A stretch of 63,774 nt of DNA, counting the filler, from Rhizaria sp. SCN 62-66 (Eukaryota), in the NCBI GenBank assembly GCA_001724265.1. It is 2 parts of 2 records of this genome, joined end to end, with 100 filler letters (N's around TTAATTAATTAA, not from the genome) between each part and the next. Parts side by side here need not be neighbours in the genome. Positions count along the whole stretch, not along the records: positions 31,963 to 63,774 come from MEDY01000351.1; 1 more part is not named here. One strand, 5' to 3'. A program made the translations under genes and the position numbers. Under the pieces are notes generated by a model, which worked only from the letters and a program-made list of their open reading frames with translations, made no database searches and was not told the origin of the DNA. Shown piece by piece: positions 47,001 through 59,119 of this stretch; the first letter of the stretch is position 1, and each line of letters starts with the position of its first letter.

Positions 47001-50000
47001 GTTGCGCCAAACCGGTGGTGGCACGAGGCCCCGCTGCAGCGAGTAGTCGAGTCAACGTCGCCATAGCGCTCCTCGATGCATGCTTCGAGCCACCGCTTTC
47101 AGAGTGCCTTGCAGCGGCACTGTCCTCATGCTGAGGAAGATTGGGCGAAAGTGCAAGCCAAGTGAGTGCAACGCGCTCAGCAGTGCCATCAATAGGCCCA
47201 GCACAAACAAATTTGTCAGCACCACCAAGAGGGCACTGAGATTGCGTTGCCGCAGAGTTGGAGCGACCGCTTCGATGAACGGCGGCAGCAGCATCACGTA
47301 TCTCATCACTAATGGACACAGAGATAGCTTCCAGTGGTAGAGACGCCATGCGCAGCAGCGCCAGAGACAGTGTTGTGTCATCCGCCGAAGTCACGGTCTC
47401 CGACGCAGCACACAAAGCTTGCGATGTGAAGAAGTCCAACAACACAATGAGGTTACGTGCGTTAATAAGCAGACTTACACAGTCACCAACTGCATTGTCG
47501 GCTGCAGCCGTTGTCCGACTGCGCTTCCTGGCCCGACGTCGGTCATCACTGTGACTGTGTCCGTAACCGTGGTTGTGATCGACAGCCTCATGACCACCGT
47601 GCACGCGTGCTTTTGCGACTGCGCGGGCCAGCGCGGTGATGCTGCTGCAGCCTGCACTGAGTAGCGCGTCAGGATCACACCATCGCGGCGGCGTAAACAG
47701 CGGTGATGCAAGTGACGAGTTTGCAGTCCCGGAGCACGATGGAGAGTCGTCACACGCCACACGCGCAGTAGCAGCAGTTGAAGCAAGCGCAAAGGGCGGC
47801 GTAAGCGCGTGCCATGGGCGTTGCAGCGCACGTGCGAGTCGGTGCATGCGAGCAGCCGCAAGCGGCGCACAATGTGTCCCGAGCGCTGCAGCTGCCGAGG
47901 GCGCCAATGCGGCGTCATCAGAAGCAGGAGCTGCTGCTGCAAGGGCAGAGAGAGCAGTAATATCCGCATTTGCACCAAAGAGAGAGAGGAGAGCATAGAG
48001 TATGTCAGCCTTACTCTTCGTTGAATCGTCATCATCTTGGCCGTTAGTGTCGCCATATTCGCGTCGTTGCGGCAACAGCGTGTGTGTCCCACTCATTGCG
48101 TTGCAACAGTTTATGAGTGAGGGCAACATCAGCGACTTGACCGGGTCTCCTCTGTTTATTCCAACAGGCTCCAACCGGGAGTGCTCAACCCGATGCCGCT
48201 GTGTTCTCGTCACACCGTTATGCTTGGAACTTGTACTCGCGGCCGAGTCTTCAAGCGCTGTTGCAGCACTGTGACGAGCAGTGCTGCGCTGAAGTCTCGC
48301 TGCCTGATTTCCCGGAACAGGCGAGAGTGGTGCGAGCGCAGGAGGAAAGTTCAGTGCAACTGGCACAAATGCGCCGTCGAACGATGCTTCATCATCACGC
48401 CCACTACTCAACGCAGACGCAGCAAGTGATGGGTTCTCCAACTCCGGCGGAGCCGGCGGCAATTCGGGGCCGAGAGGCTGCGTGATTGAGTTATCGAGAG
48501 CTTCGTCGCCAAGAGGTGTTCTCAATTGCGCGTCGTTGTGTGTTCTGCCTGTGGCGTAGTCTGCGGCGCGTGCAGCAGCACGCGCAAGCGCTGAGGCAGA
48601 AACAGTGTGAGCCTCCTCAACCGCAGCGCGCACAAGCGCCCTGACGGCCAGGACAGCTGTCGTAAGAGCTGCCAGGCGCGCGCCCGCAGACACTGCCGCC
48701 GCAGCTGTTGTGGCCGCCTCTGCAACCGTTTGTCGCCCCTCACAGTCATTAAGCGCGGCTGACGCGATTGCAGGTAACAGCAAGCGGTGCGTGGCGCATG
48801 CACGCCACGATGGCAGACGACGTAGCCATAGTGAAGCTGCAGCTGACGAGGAATGATATAGCGCGCAAGCTGGCGTGGGACGCGGCGGGGCGGCGGCCAG
48901 CGCCAACGAGCGCAGCGGAGCCGCAGCCAACCGCGCTGCAAATCCTGCGAGCTCAGCGGCATCTGTTGCGTTGCTTCCAAGAGCAGCAGCCGCAGTCTCC
49001 GTGCCAGCAGGGGCTGACGCAGTCGGACTGACATGTGCGAGCGCAAGAGAGGGCAGCAGGCGTGGCGGCAGCAACACAGGCGCGTTGAGAACCGTGACCG
49101 TGGGCCAACAAAGGCGATAATACGTTGTCTGCTGAGGTTGAAAATAAACACACGATGCGCCGCCGCAGGCCGTATCAGAGCGTGTTGCACCTTCTCGACA
49201 CTCGCATATACACTCGCTCTCGCACTGGCAGTCATTGGAGCCAGCTGTATCGCTGCAGCTGCAACTGCAACTGCATTCGCTGCGATTAGCATCAACGCTC
49301 GATCCTGCGCATGGATGCACAAGAGCGAGGTAGCCGCGGTCGAGCAAAATCTGTCCTAACGCAACAACCCACGCCTCTGCGCCTGTCTTTTTACACAAGG
49401 TAGCAGGGGCAACATTTGCAGTGCTATGAGACTTAGTATCACTCACAGGCTTGGGACTCGTGGCACCGACGGATCCGGCGACTGTTGCGCGCGCAGCGTC
49501 TGCAGCAGCAGGCCCCCAGCCGCGGCCAACAGCGGCTGCAATGAAGGCCGCGATCTCAGCGCCAGTGGTGCAAGCGGGTATATTTGCACCACCGCGCTGC
49601 CGTGCGCGCAGAGACAAAGGCGCGAGCGCAGGCGACACGCGGTGCGCTAGGAACCACGCCAGCGAGCCTGCGGGCGCGACCGGCGCTGCAGCAGTAGGAG
49701 CAGTGAGACCGTCTGCATTTGCGCCAGCCCAGGCCGCTGTGGCGGCGTCAAGCGTAGGCTGTGACAACACCTGCGTTTGAGCGTGCTCGAGCGACTGCGC
49801 TGCAGTAGGTGCGGGCGGAGAAACGGGGCTGTGCCATGGCGGCGAAAGCGGTGAGCGATCAAGCAGTGGCGGCTGCGGTGTGGCAGCTGCACCAAGAGCA
49901 GGGGAGTAAAAGACAAAGTCGTCGCGATCCGGCGAGCTTAGTCCTGCCTCGTCATCAGCACTCAACTTAGCCGCAGCAGACTTTGCAGCAGTAGTGATGT

Positions 50001-53000
50001 TGCCAGTAATAGCAGTTAACCCAGCGCAAGCACCCAGAGTAACTGCCGATTGTTTATCCTTGCTTGTAGTTGTAGAACGAGCAGTCCCGTTCGTCGCAGT
50101 AGTTTGCACTACCGCGGCAGGTGTGCCGTTGTGCATTGCGGTGGCAAGCACAAACAGGTGGTAGTCGGTCAACATCCACGGTGTCGCAAGGGCAGGTCCG
50201 CTCGCAATCAGTCCAGTGTCAATTGCACGCGTCACGCCGTCCGCAACGACAGCATCCACAGCGGCTGCCTCTGCAGCGGCTGCGGCGGCCTCATTCTCGG
50301 CTGCAGCGCAAAGGTTAGCAGGGCTGCTGCTGCTGCGGCTCATCGCACGCGTCGTGCCACGCGCACCGCTGACCGCAGTGCTCGCACGTGCTGCGGCGTA
50401 CGCGCGCGCTCTCGCGTGCGCAATCGCCGTCAGCGTGTTCGAGGCGGCGAATGCAGCAACATCAGCAGACGCGGCGGCAGCCGGGCCCAGCAGGCAGAGC
50501 GCGCGCGGCAGCTGCGGCGCGGCAACTGCGAGCTCAAGATCGTCACCACCTTCAAGATTACAGGGCGCTAGTGCAGTTGCAGCAGATGTGGCTGTAGCAG
50601 CAGCGGGCAGCAGCGCTAACGGAGGATCGTAGTGGTTGTCACACACAAGTAGCCGGTCACTGCGCGCGCGCGCACTTTCGCGGCGCTCAACAGCAGCTCT
50701 CGCAGCAGAGCCCCAGCCAGGTCGAGTCATGGAGGGCGCGGGCGAGGACGCGGCGACTACATCGTAAGCCGAGTGCGAGTGCCCGTCAGCTGAGAGCGTG
50801 GGACTGGCCGACGTCGGACGCGGCCGCTGGTGTGGAGTCATTGACGGAAAATGAAGTCGCTCTCCGCTGCGCCCTGACGGTGGCGTTACCGTGCGCTGTT
50901 GTTGATGTTGTTGTAGAGATGGCGACAGCAGAGTGCGCCCTTGTACCAGCCCCTGCATACAAGACTGGGATGACTGTGATTGAAGGTGAAGCTGGGTGCC
51001 ACCAAGCGCGTGTGTGTTGACGTTCGTACATGTGAGCAGAGGCGTGTGCGCAGTCTGCGACAGCCACAACGACTCGTCTTCCACGGGACACCACATGCGG
51101 TTCCCGTCGCGCTCACTCTCACGGGCCTCCGCACCGCCGTCGCTCCTGCTCGGCTGCGGAGCAGAGTTGCCACTGGACGCGCCCGACCCTGGTGCCAGCG
51201 CGGGGCTGCGGCCGCGCGTGGCCGCGGTCACAGGCGCCGGCTCCAGCACCACGAGCTTGTACCCGCGCGGGGCGTGCTGCGGACTGTGCGCACGGCTGTG
51301 GCCATGGCTGTGTGCGCGACTGCGCGCGAGGCCGCGCACGGGACTCGCGCTGAGCGGTGCCTCGCCAGCCGTAGCAGCGGGCCCGACCACGCCGACGGGC
51401 GCGGACAGCACCGGGACTGGCGCCGGCACTGCGAGAGTCGTTGTCCCCGCCGTAACGGCGCTTGGCGAGAGCAGCGCGGGCGGCGGCGACGCGGCGCGCG
51501 GACTGATAACCGTGGGAGCAAGAGTGGGCGTGACAGTAACAGTAACTGTAAGCGAGCGACGCATGCCGCCAAAGCGTGCCTTCAAGGCATTAGCGGCCTC
51601 GCCATTCCCCGCGGTTGTCGCAGCAGCAACAGGCTCGTGTTGCGTGACCTGTTGTGACGGCTCAGTCGCGTCGTGCAGGGAGAAGCGCCGTCCAGCCCCC
51701 GCGCCCACACTCGCACTCGAAGTCGGGCCGTCATCGCCGTCAGTCGCACTCGCCGAAGCAGTTGGCACGGTCACGGGCGCGTCCGCGTTCGCCGAGAGAT
51801 GTACCGTAGCGCGACTGAGCGCAGCGCCGCGCGGCGTAGGCGGGACAACAGAGAGTGCGGCGTGCAGTGCAACTCTAGCAACGCCACCGTCACTCGTGCC
51901 TGCGGCCGCCGGCAGCCCGGGCGACGGCAGTGGCGACAGAGCGGCGGCCGGCGCACGCATCTCCGACAGCGCTGCTGCTGAGTGCAGCGGGGAGAAGTAT
52001 GTGTTGCTCAGTGTCACGCCAGAAAGAATGTTAACGTGCGCGCCTGGGGCAACCGCAATCACTGTGCGCTGCGGCGGCGGATGCAGCAAGTTCGACGCTA
52101 AAGCCAAAGAGGAGGACGACGAGAGCGCTGTGTTCGAAGCAGCAGCGCCAAGCGCAGGCGGCAGCGCTGGGGACATGCAGGGCGACGCGCGCGGTGACGG
52201 CCGCGGAGACCACTCCAGATAGGGCTGCGCCACTGCACCTGCGTGCGCGCCGCTGTGGAGCCCGGCACTGCTGCCGCTGCTGCTCGCACTGTGCTGGAAG
52301 TTGAGGTGCAGCTGTTGCGGCTGTGGCTGCACAGGTTGCGCTTGTTGTACCTGAGCTTGTGACAGTGGCTGCACGGCAGGGTGCGACTGCGGCCCGTGTG
52401 CATGGCCGTGCGAGTGCGCGTGCGCAGGAGGCTGGTGATGCATGAGAGGAGGGGAGTGCGGCGGCAGTGGCGGCAGCGCAAACACGCCTGCGCCTGCCGA
52501 TGCCGGGACAGTGGTTGCCGCGGAACCGGCTCTTGTGCCAGTCTGCTCCAACGATCTCCCGCCGGGTGCAGCGCTCACATTGCTGCCGCTGTTGTTCCCA
52601 GCAGTAATAGCGGAACTATGCGCGGGAAAGAGCGCAGCGACAGCAGAGTGGGCGGCCCCGAGCCCCGCGAGACTCATATCAAGCCCGAAGCTCGCGCCTG
52701 CAGCGCCAGCAACGACGGGAGACATCGCGGGCGACTGACGCATGCTTGCGCTCCCGCTGGAGCCCCCGCCGGCAGTCACGGCGGAGCGCGCGGCAGCCGC
52801 GGCGTGCGCGCGCGCAAGGAGGCGCGGAGACGGCAGCGTGATGAGCGACAGTGGCTGCAGAGAGGCAGTGGGCAGCGAGCCGCTTTGGAGAGCGATCGGC
52901 ACCAGCGACGGCGACGGCGACGCTGACGGAGAGCGCACATAACCTGCAGACATGGGCACACGTGCACGCGGGGCTAGCAGCGGAGACGCCGTCGCTGAGG

Positions 53001-56000
53001 CCGCGACTGAGGCAGAGCCTGAGCCGGAGCCCGAGTTTGAGGCCGGAGCAGCGACTGACAGCTGTGCTGGCACCGGGCCAGTCGCGGGGGCAAGGAACGG
53101 AGACAACGCCTCTGGCCCACGTTTCACTGGAACAATAGAAGTCATCTGGTCTGCAGCAAACACAGGGGCAGCGGCAGCAGTCGCTGAGGCCGAGGTGGCC
53201 GCAGTGGGCGTAAGCGGTGGCAGCCTGCGAACAGCGCCCGCGTGCGCCCGCGGTGACGGTAGCGGCGGGAAATGCGGGGTCGACGTCGGCGACGGCACCG
53301 CGGACGCTGTGGCGGACTGCAGGTGCGAGGCCGCGGCAGAGCCGGAGCCAGAGCCGGGAACCGAGCCGGGCGCTCCGCCTCCCGCGAGCGGGGGCGTCGC
53401 GTCGCGGCCAGCGCCACCCTGGCTGCCGGCAGCAGGTTGCGCTGCACTGCGGCCGTGGCTCAGCGTGCCGGAGCGGTGGCTGAGGGCGCGGCCGCGCGGG
53501 GGCCCCGTGTAGCCGTTGCTAAAGTCGTTGTTGTCTCCATCTTCAACCGCAGCGTTCAGCCTTTCTGCGGCGGCACCGTCAGCTGCAGTCGCAAGCGCAG
53601 TCGCGCCAGCCGCGTTGACAGGCGTCACGTTGTCTGGCCCGGAGCCAGCTTCGGAGCCGGTCTCGGTCACGGTGACTGCTGGGCGTCCTGAAGAAGAAAG
53701 CCTTCTGTCGCCGCTGCTTGCCACACTGTGGCGTGCGTAATGCTCCTTACTATCATCAGCAGTAACGGTGGGGAGCGGCAGCGCAAGGTTGGTGCTGTCG
53801 TCGAGACGCAGGTCCTCAGCGCCTCCGTCGTGAGCTACAGGCGGCGGCGCGCCACAGTGAAGAGGCGGGGGCGTGGCCACGTAGAACGCTTCCTTGACAG
53901 GCGCTGCCAAACCCAACGCAGAGTTACCAGCTTGCACGCTGGCCAAGTCGCCCTCAGCAAGAAGCGCATTTGCAAGAGCAATGGGTTGCTCGAGGTCTGC
54001 GGGGACATTGCCAGCCCCCCGCAAGCGGCGCGAGAAAGCCAAACCAGGCGGTGTCTGAAGCAGTGTCTCAGTAGGGTCATCCGACATCTCTGTGCCAGCA
54101 TGTCGCTGTTGCAGTTGCTTCTGCAGTGCATTGGTTGGCGACGGCGAAGTTGAGTCTGCGGGCGAGGCAAGCTTCGAAGACGGAATACGCTTCACACCCG
54201 TAGCGCCAACAGCAGCGCGGCGAACACGCTCATAACCATCAGCGCCAGCCTCGGTTGCAGTGGCGCCAGCAGAATCAGCGATTGACACCAAGGGCGCGGC
54301 AGCCGTCGCCAGGGCGGAGTCCGTCACAGAGACCGCTGATGCCGCGGTGCTGTAGCAGTTTGAGTGGGCCGACAGGTCGGATCTCGCGCGCATCAGCTGC
54401 GACGGCACCAAGCCCTGTGCCTGACCAGCGCTGCTGCCCTCGCTGTTTGCATGCGTTGGCGAGTGCAGTTGTGAGTGCCCACTGAGCGTCGAGTGTAACG
54501 GGAACAGCGAGTCCGAGGGCGAAAGTTCGTGATGAGACTCAACGTCGGCGTGAAAGTCAGGCTGGCACGCCCCAGACTGCGGCGAAGACTCGCCCCGCCC
54601 AGTCTGCACAGACGCAGGTGCTTGTGCCTGTGTCTGCGCAGCTGCGTCTGTCGGCGTCAAGTTCAGAAGCGGCTGTGCGTGGGTCGAGAGCGAAACACTG
54701 TTCCCACCCGCGCCACGGTTACTCTCGCGGTCGCGGTCACGCTCCCCGTTGCTACTGCGGAGCCCGCGCAGTGGCGGGGGAAGGCGGCTAACCTTCCTGC
54801 GCCCGGTCCTGCTCACGGCCACCACGTCCACCGCTGCAGCAGGCTCCGCAGCAACAGCGTCGTGCGGCGCGCTCGCAGCAGACACGGCTGCAGCGCGGTC
54901 AGCATCGCCCACAGTGGTAATGCTGTCACGGTTGTCCGCGTCTGTCGCTGACTTAGGACTGGCCTCGGCACTGCCGGTCGCCGCTTTACCCAAACCGCGC
55001 GCGCGCACGAACGGCGGCGCCGTGACCGACACCAGCGCCGGCACGGCCGCCCCAGTCTCCGCCGCAGCGGCAGCGCCCGTGCCGGCCACACCTGTGCTGG
55101 CACAGGCTCTCGACGCAATGTTCGGCACTGCGAGAAGCGTTGCCGTCATGAACGCCTGCTGTTGCTGCTGCTGCGCGAGCGTCTGCTGTGGCAGCGTGAC
55201 TGTGTGCGTGGCGAGCTGCGACAGCGTGCGCGGGCGCGTGTCGGCGGAAGCCAGCGCAGCACCCGCTGTCTGCAAGCCGGCCGCGGCGGACTCCGTCTCC
55301 GAGGGCGCGGGCGAGGCCGAGGGCGAGTGCTACGGCGACCGCGGCGACGCCGACGAGGCCGCGGAGCCGGAGCCCGTCGCGGAGAGCGTGGCGCCAGAAA
55401 GAGAGCTAGCCAGGTGCGCGCTGTAGCACGAGGACGCGTTCAGCGGGCCGCCGACAAGGCCGCCGCTGACGCCGTTGCTGAGGCGACAACTGGGGGAGCT
55501 GCCGCTGCCTTGCGCGCCGGCGCTGTTGGTGCTCACGCTGCTCTCGCGCGCCTCACTGTAGGCGCTCTCGCTTTCGCTCTCAAGATCGCTGTCGCTGTTG
55601 CCACTGCCGTCGCCGCTAGCGTCGGCCTCGTCCTCGTTGTCGTCGCCGTCGTGGGGACTGAGACCGCTCCGAGCGACAGTGGTCACAGTTGTCGTTGCGG
55701 CAGTCGCGGCAGCGCGCGTGCGCACTGGGCCGTTGCGACTGGGTCCATGCGCGTGAATGCTACCGATGGTAGCGTTAAGCGCAACTGTGATCGGATCTGA
55801 TTCAGCTGAGTCTGCATTGCCAGCGCTTGGAGTGGCGCGCAGGTTGCCGCTGCCCCAACGCACGCGGGTCCGTGCCGCCCCTGCCGCAATATGCTCATGT
55901 TGTTGCTGCTGCTGTTGTTGCGCGCATGCGTCGTCGTGGCGCTCTAAATACCCCGAGCTGTCTAAGTACCCCGGCGACGCGGGTAAGTACCCCGCGGCGG

Positions 56001-56865
56001 ACATCTCCGGCGTGTGCAGGAAGCCCGGCGGCAGGAGCCCGCTGTGGCCGTGGCCGTGGCTGTGGCTCTGGCTGTGGCTCTGGCCGTGGCTCTGGCCGTG
56101 CCCGTGGCCGGCGCGGCCGTCCTGGCTGTGGCTGAGGCTGTGGCTGTGGCCGCGGCTGTAGGACTGGCTCTGCAGTAGCCCACTGCAGGCGCTGCTAGGG
56201 GTCGTGATGCGGCTGAGCGCGTGCGCGTTGTCACTGCTGAGCTTGGCCTTGTCACTACCGCCGCTGCCGCTGATGCCACCGGCATCGCCATTGCCGATGT
56301 TTCCACTGTTGCTGTTGCTATCATTATCATTCTGGTTATCGTTGTTGTTCTTGCTGGTGCTGGTGCCGGCGATGTTCTCACTGTTGAGCATACTGCACAC
56401 ACTGCTGCTGCCGCGACTGGGCAGAGACAGCCCTGCAGGCCCCGACACACGGCTAGAGCCAGAGCCGGACGTGAGTGTCTGGATATGCGTCTGCGTGCGT
56501 GTCCGCGCTTGTGTTGGCGTTTGCGATTGCGCCTGCGCCTGCACTTGCGCCTGCACCTGCCCCTGCACCTGCAAGGCTGCGGGTGCAGGGGCGGACGCGG
56601 GCGCGAGCGGTGGCGATTGCTGTGAAAGCAGCGCTTCAGCTAGCAGCGACCTGCGCGGGCCCTGCTGCTCTTGTTGACGCTGCTGTTTCTGCTGTTGATG
56701 TTGCGACAGCGAGCTGCTGCTGGTGTTGTTACTGTTGTCGCGCGCGCTGTCACTGGGGGTGAGAGCGGGGGCGGGGGCCGAGCGCGGCGGCGGCTCGGCA
56801 GAGGCAGGGCTCAGCGCGCCACTGGACTCTCGTTGCCTACTCTGAGAGGTCCCAAACGGGTTCAT
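44026..56865 (-). CDS. Giant (~4279 aa) low-complexity protein with a DEP domain and a degenerate DUF547-like region; one in-frame TAG at 55330-55332
   Basis: ORFs 55330..56961 and 44026..55275 share a frame, with only a TAG between them. DEP-like: CTTGAEIAAFI...VALGQILLDRGYL...FQPQQTTYYRL (~49110-49610). DUF547-like: LLINARNLIVL...ILGGAVYTQRDLE (~46650-47480). TGA stop. Confidence 0.6.
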
Positions 56866-57562
56866 GCGCTGTGAGTGGGCGCGTAAGCTAAACGGGGCTT
56901 GGGGAGCGCGGAGTCGAGGGGGGAGCAAGGGGAGGGACCAAGCGAAGCTTGTTTGTGCCAAGTAGAGGTGAAAAGTGCGCTATGCAGAAAAAATAAAAGC
57001 AAAAAATAAAAGAAAAATATGGAACAGTCAGTAAAATGCACCATACATTGTCATTGGAAGATATTCCATGGCTCTGGGACAGGTTGTCATTTCAAGAGGA
57101 GAAAAGAACGTATATGTGGTAGACTGAGTTTGAGCTGTGATTATAGCCGCGCGAAGCGCTAACTACTCAAAGCCAGATAAGATCTGACCACAAATAACTA
57201 AACAGGCCCAAGATACAAGTTGGCTTCCACACCAATGACATTAGTATTGAGAAAGTGGCATAGATTCGTGTGGGTCGGCGGGTTGCACGGCGGACTCGCC
57301 CGAGGCAGTGGGACAAGCACAAAAAACGTTTGCTGTCACACGTGCCCTGTCCGTCGAGAACTCCACAGACAATCATTTGAAGCATAGTTTCCGATTCAAC
57401 GCTTAATTTTAATATTATGTCTCTCAATTGTCAGGCTGCGCTTCTTTTTGCTGACTTCCAACAACTGCTCTCCCCCAGTGCTTGGGGCCCAGCCCTTCCA
57501 TTCCGCAGACCCCAACCCTCTGGCTCTCCCGTCTTCTCCACTACAAACACAACTGGCCTACC

Positions 57563-58562
57563 ATGGCTAAGAAGGTGGCATTTTGGCCTGCCGAGCTCCG
57601 AAGCCTCGGTGAGAGCGCTGCTGAGGTCGAGCGTCTCGTCATTGAGCTCGACTACACCAAGTCTAAGGTCAGTCCATTAAGTATTCTCATGTGTGAACTA
57701 TAACGACTCTGTTTTTATGTAACCTTGATGTCTATTGACACTGTATTGTGTATTTACCTTGATATTTGCTGACTGCGTCACTTTTTTCGTGTTTGTACTC
57801 GCCTCTCGCCGCAGAGCATTGCGTGCGACGCTCGCCGACAACGCAACAAGGCCGCGCTCGCCGAGCTCCGCAAGAAGGCGCACACCGTACGTCTCCTCCC
57901 TGCGGCATGCTGTCGCACTTTGCACACTACTTTATCACTCTCCATTCACCCATGTTTTACTTATGCTGATTTGGTCTGCAACTTGTAAGAGCCGCCTCAG
58001 TCATATCACTTTTGTTCTCACGCGGTGCTATGGTTGTGTTTTCTTCCTTCGTCCCGTCTAACATTGTTTCATTCACATTTTGCACACAGGTCTCCGGCGA
58101 CCCTGGTGCCCAGGTTATGTACAGCTCTGGTTCCTTTTTCTTCAAGACCTCTCCCGAAGCCGCCGTCGAGGCACTCAAAGCAGGTTCGTTTTATTCTGGA
58201 AGTTCTCTTAGCTATCTTGCACCTATATAGACCTGCTTCTACACGCCTGTTTATGGAGTACCGTCATCAGACCACATATAAGACCTTCACATTTTAATGA
58301 TATCATTGCAACTCCTCATTGTCTTTCATGCGCATATCCTCGCTTTGTGTGCGCTCTCTCAGAAGAGATCGCTCTCTCGGCCGAGATCTCCGCCCTGCTA
58401 TCGAAGCAGAAGTCGCTCGTGGCGCAGATTGCCGAGCTGTCGGACCTCTCCGGCGGCGCGTTGGGTGTGCGCGCGCGCGACGACCCCGTGTCCGCGTCCG
58501 CGGCGGCCGCGCGCGGCGAGGGCATCGATGCCGCCTCGCTCAAACTGCTGCTTCGCAATTGA
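57563..58562 (+). CDS. PDRG1: PDRG1-like prefoldin-family protein, join(57563..57667,57815..57886,58090..58183,58363..58562), 156 aa
   Basis: Three GT-AG introns give an open 157-codon frame: AEVERLVIEL...DARRQRNKAALAELRK...VMYSSGSFFFKTSPEAAVEALKAEEIALSAEISAL. This helix-hairpin-helix pattern matches recalled PDRG1. TGA stop. Confidence 0.75.
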
Positions 58563-59119
58563 GGCAGCGTCGCACGGTCATGGCTGTATCTCGGTCTGAA
58601 TGGCCTTGTGATCTAAGGTATACGCCATAATGTTGGGTGGGACTCTGTACTTAGCTGAGGCTGACTTCAGAAAGCAATAGTGACGCTTCAAAGGCCAATT
58701 ACGTGTCGCAAATGCCTAACTTGGCAAAAGATATCTCGCGACTACTTAGATCAATACAGTAGAACTTCATGTATTTGATTAACTTACCCATGTTTTACAA
58801 CACCTCTGAACGATGAGCTCACAGGCTACCGTTTCATTGATATCATGACACGAATAATGAAAGTGACACTTGCTTGATGCTGCCTCGGTTCTTTGGGTCC
58901 TCCAACGGCCCTCGGACCGAGTTAACGCATTGATGAGCAACTCACTCCACATGCAACCTGTTAAAGTTGCACCTTGATGAATAGGCTAACGCGACTGCAT
59001 ATTATTCTGTTATATTATTACAATTTAATAATTTCTTATCTACCGCTCCCACACGCATCTTTGCTTCTCACTCTGCGCTAACTGAACGGTCACCGTCCCG
59101 CCAATCTAAACTAGGATCC

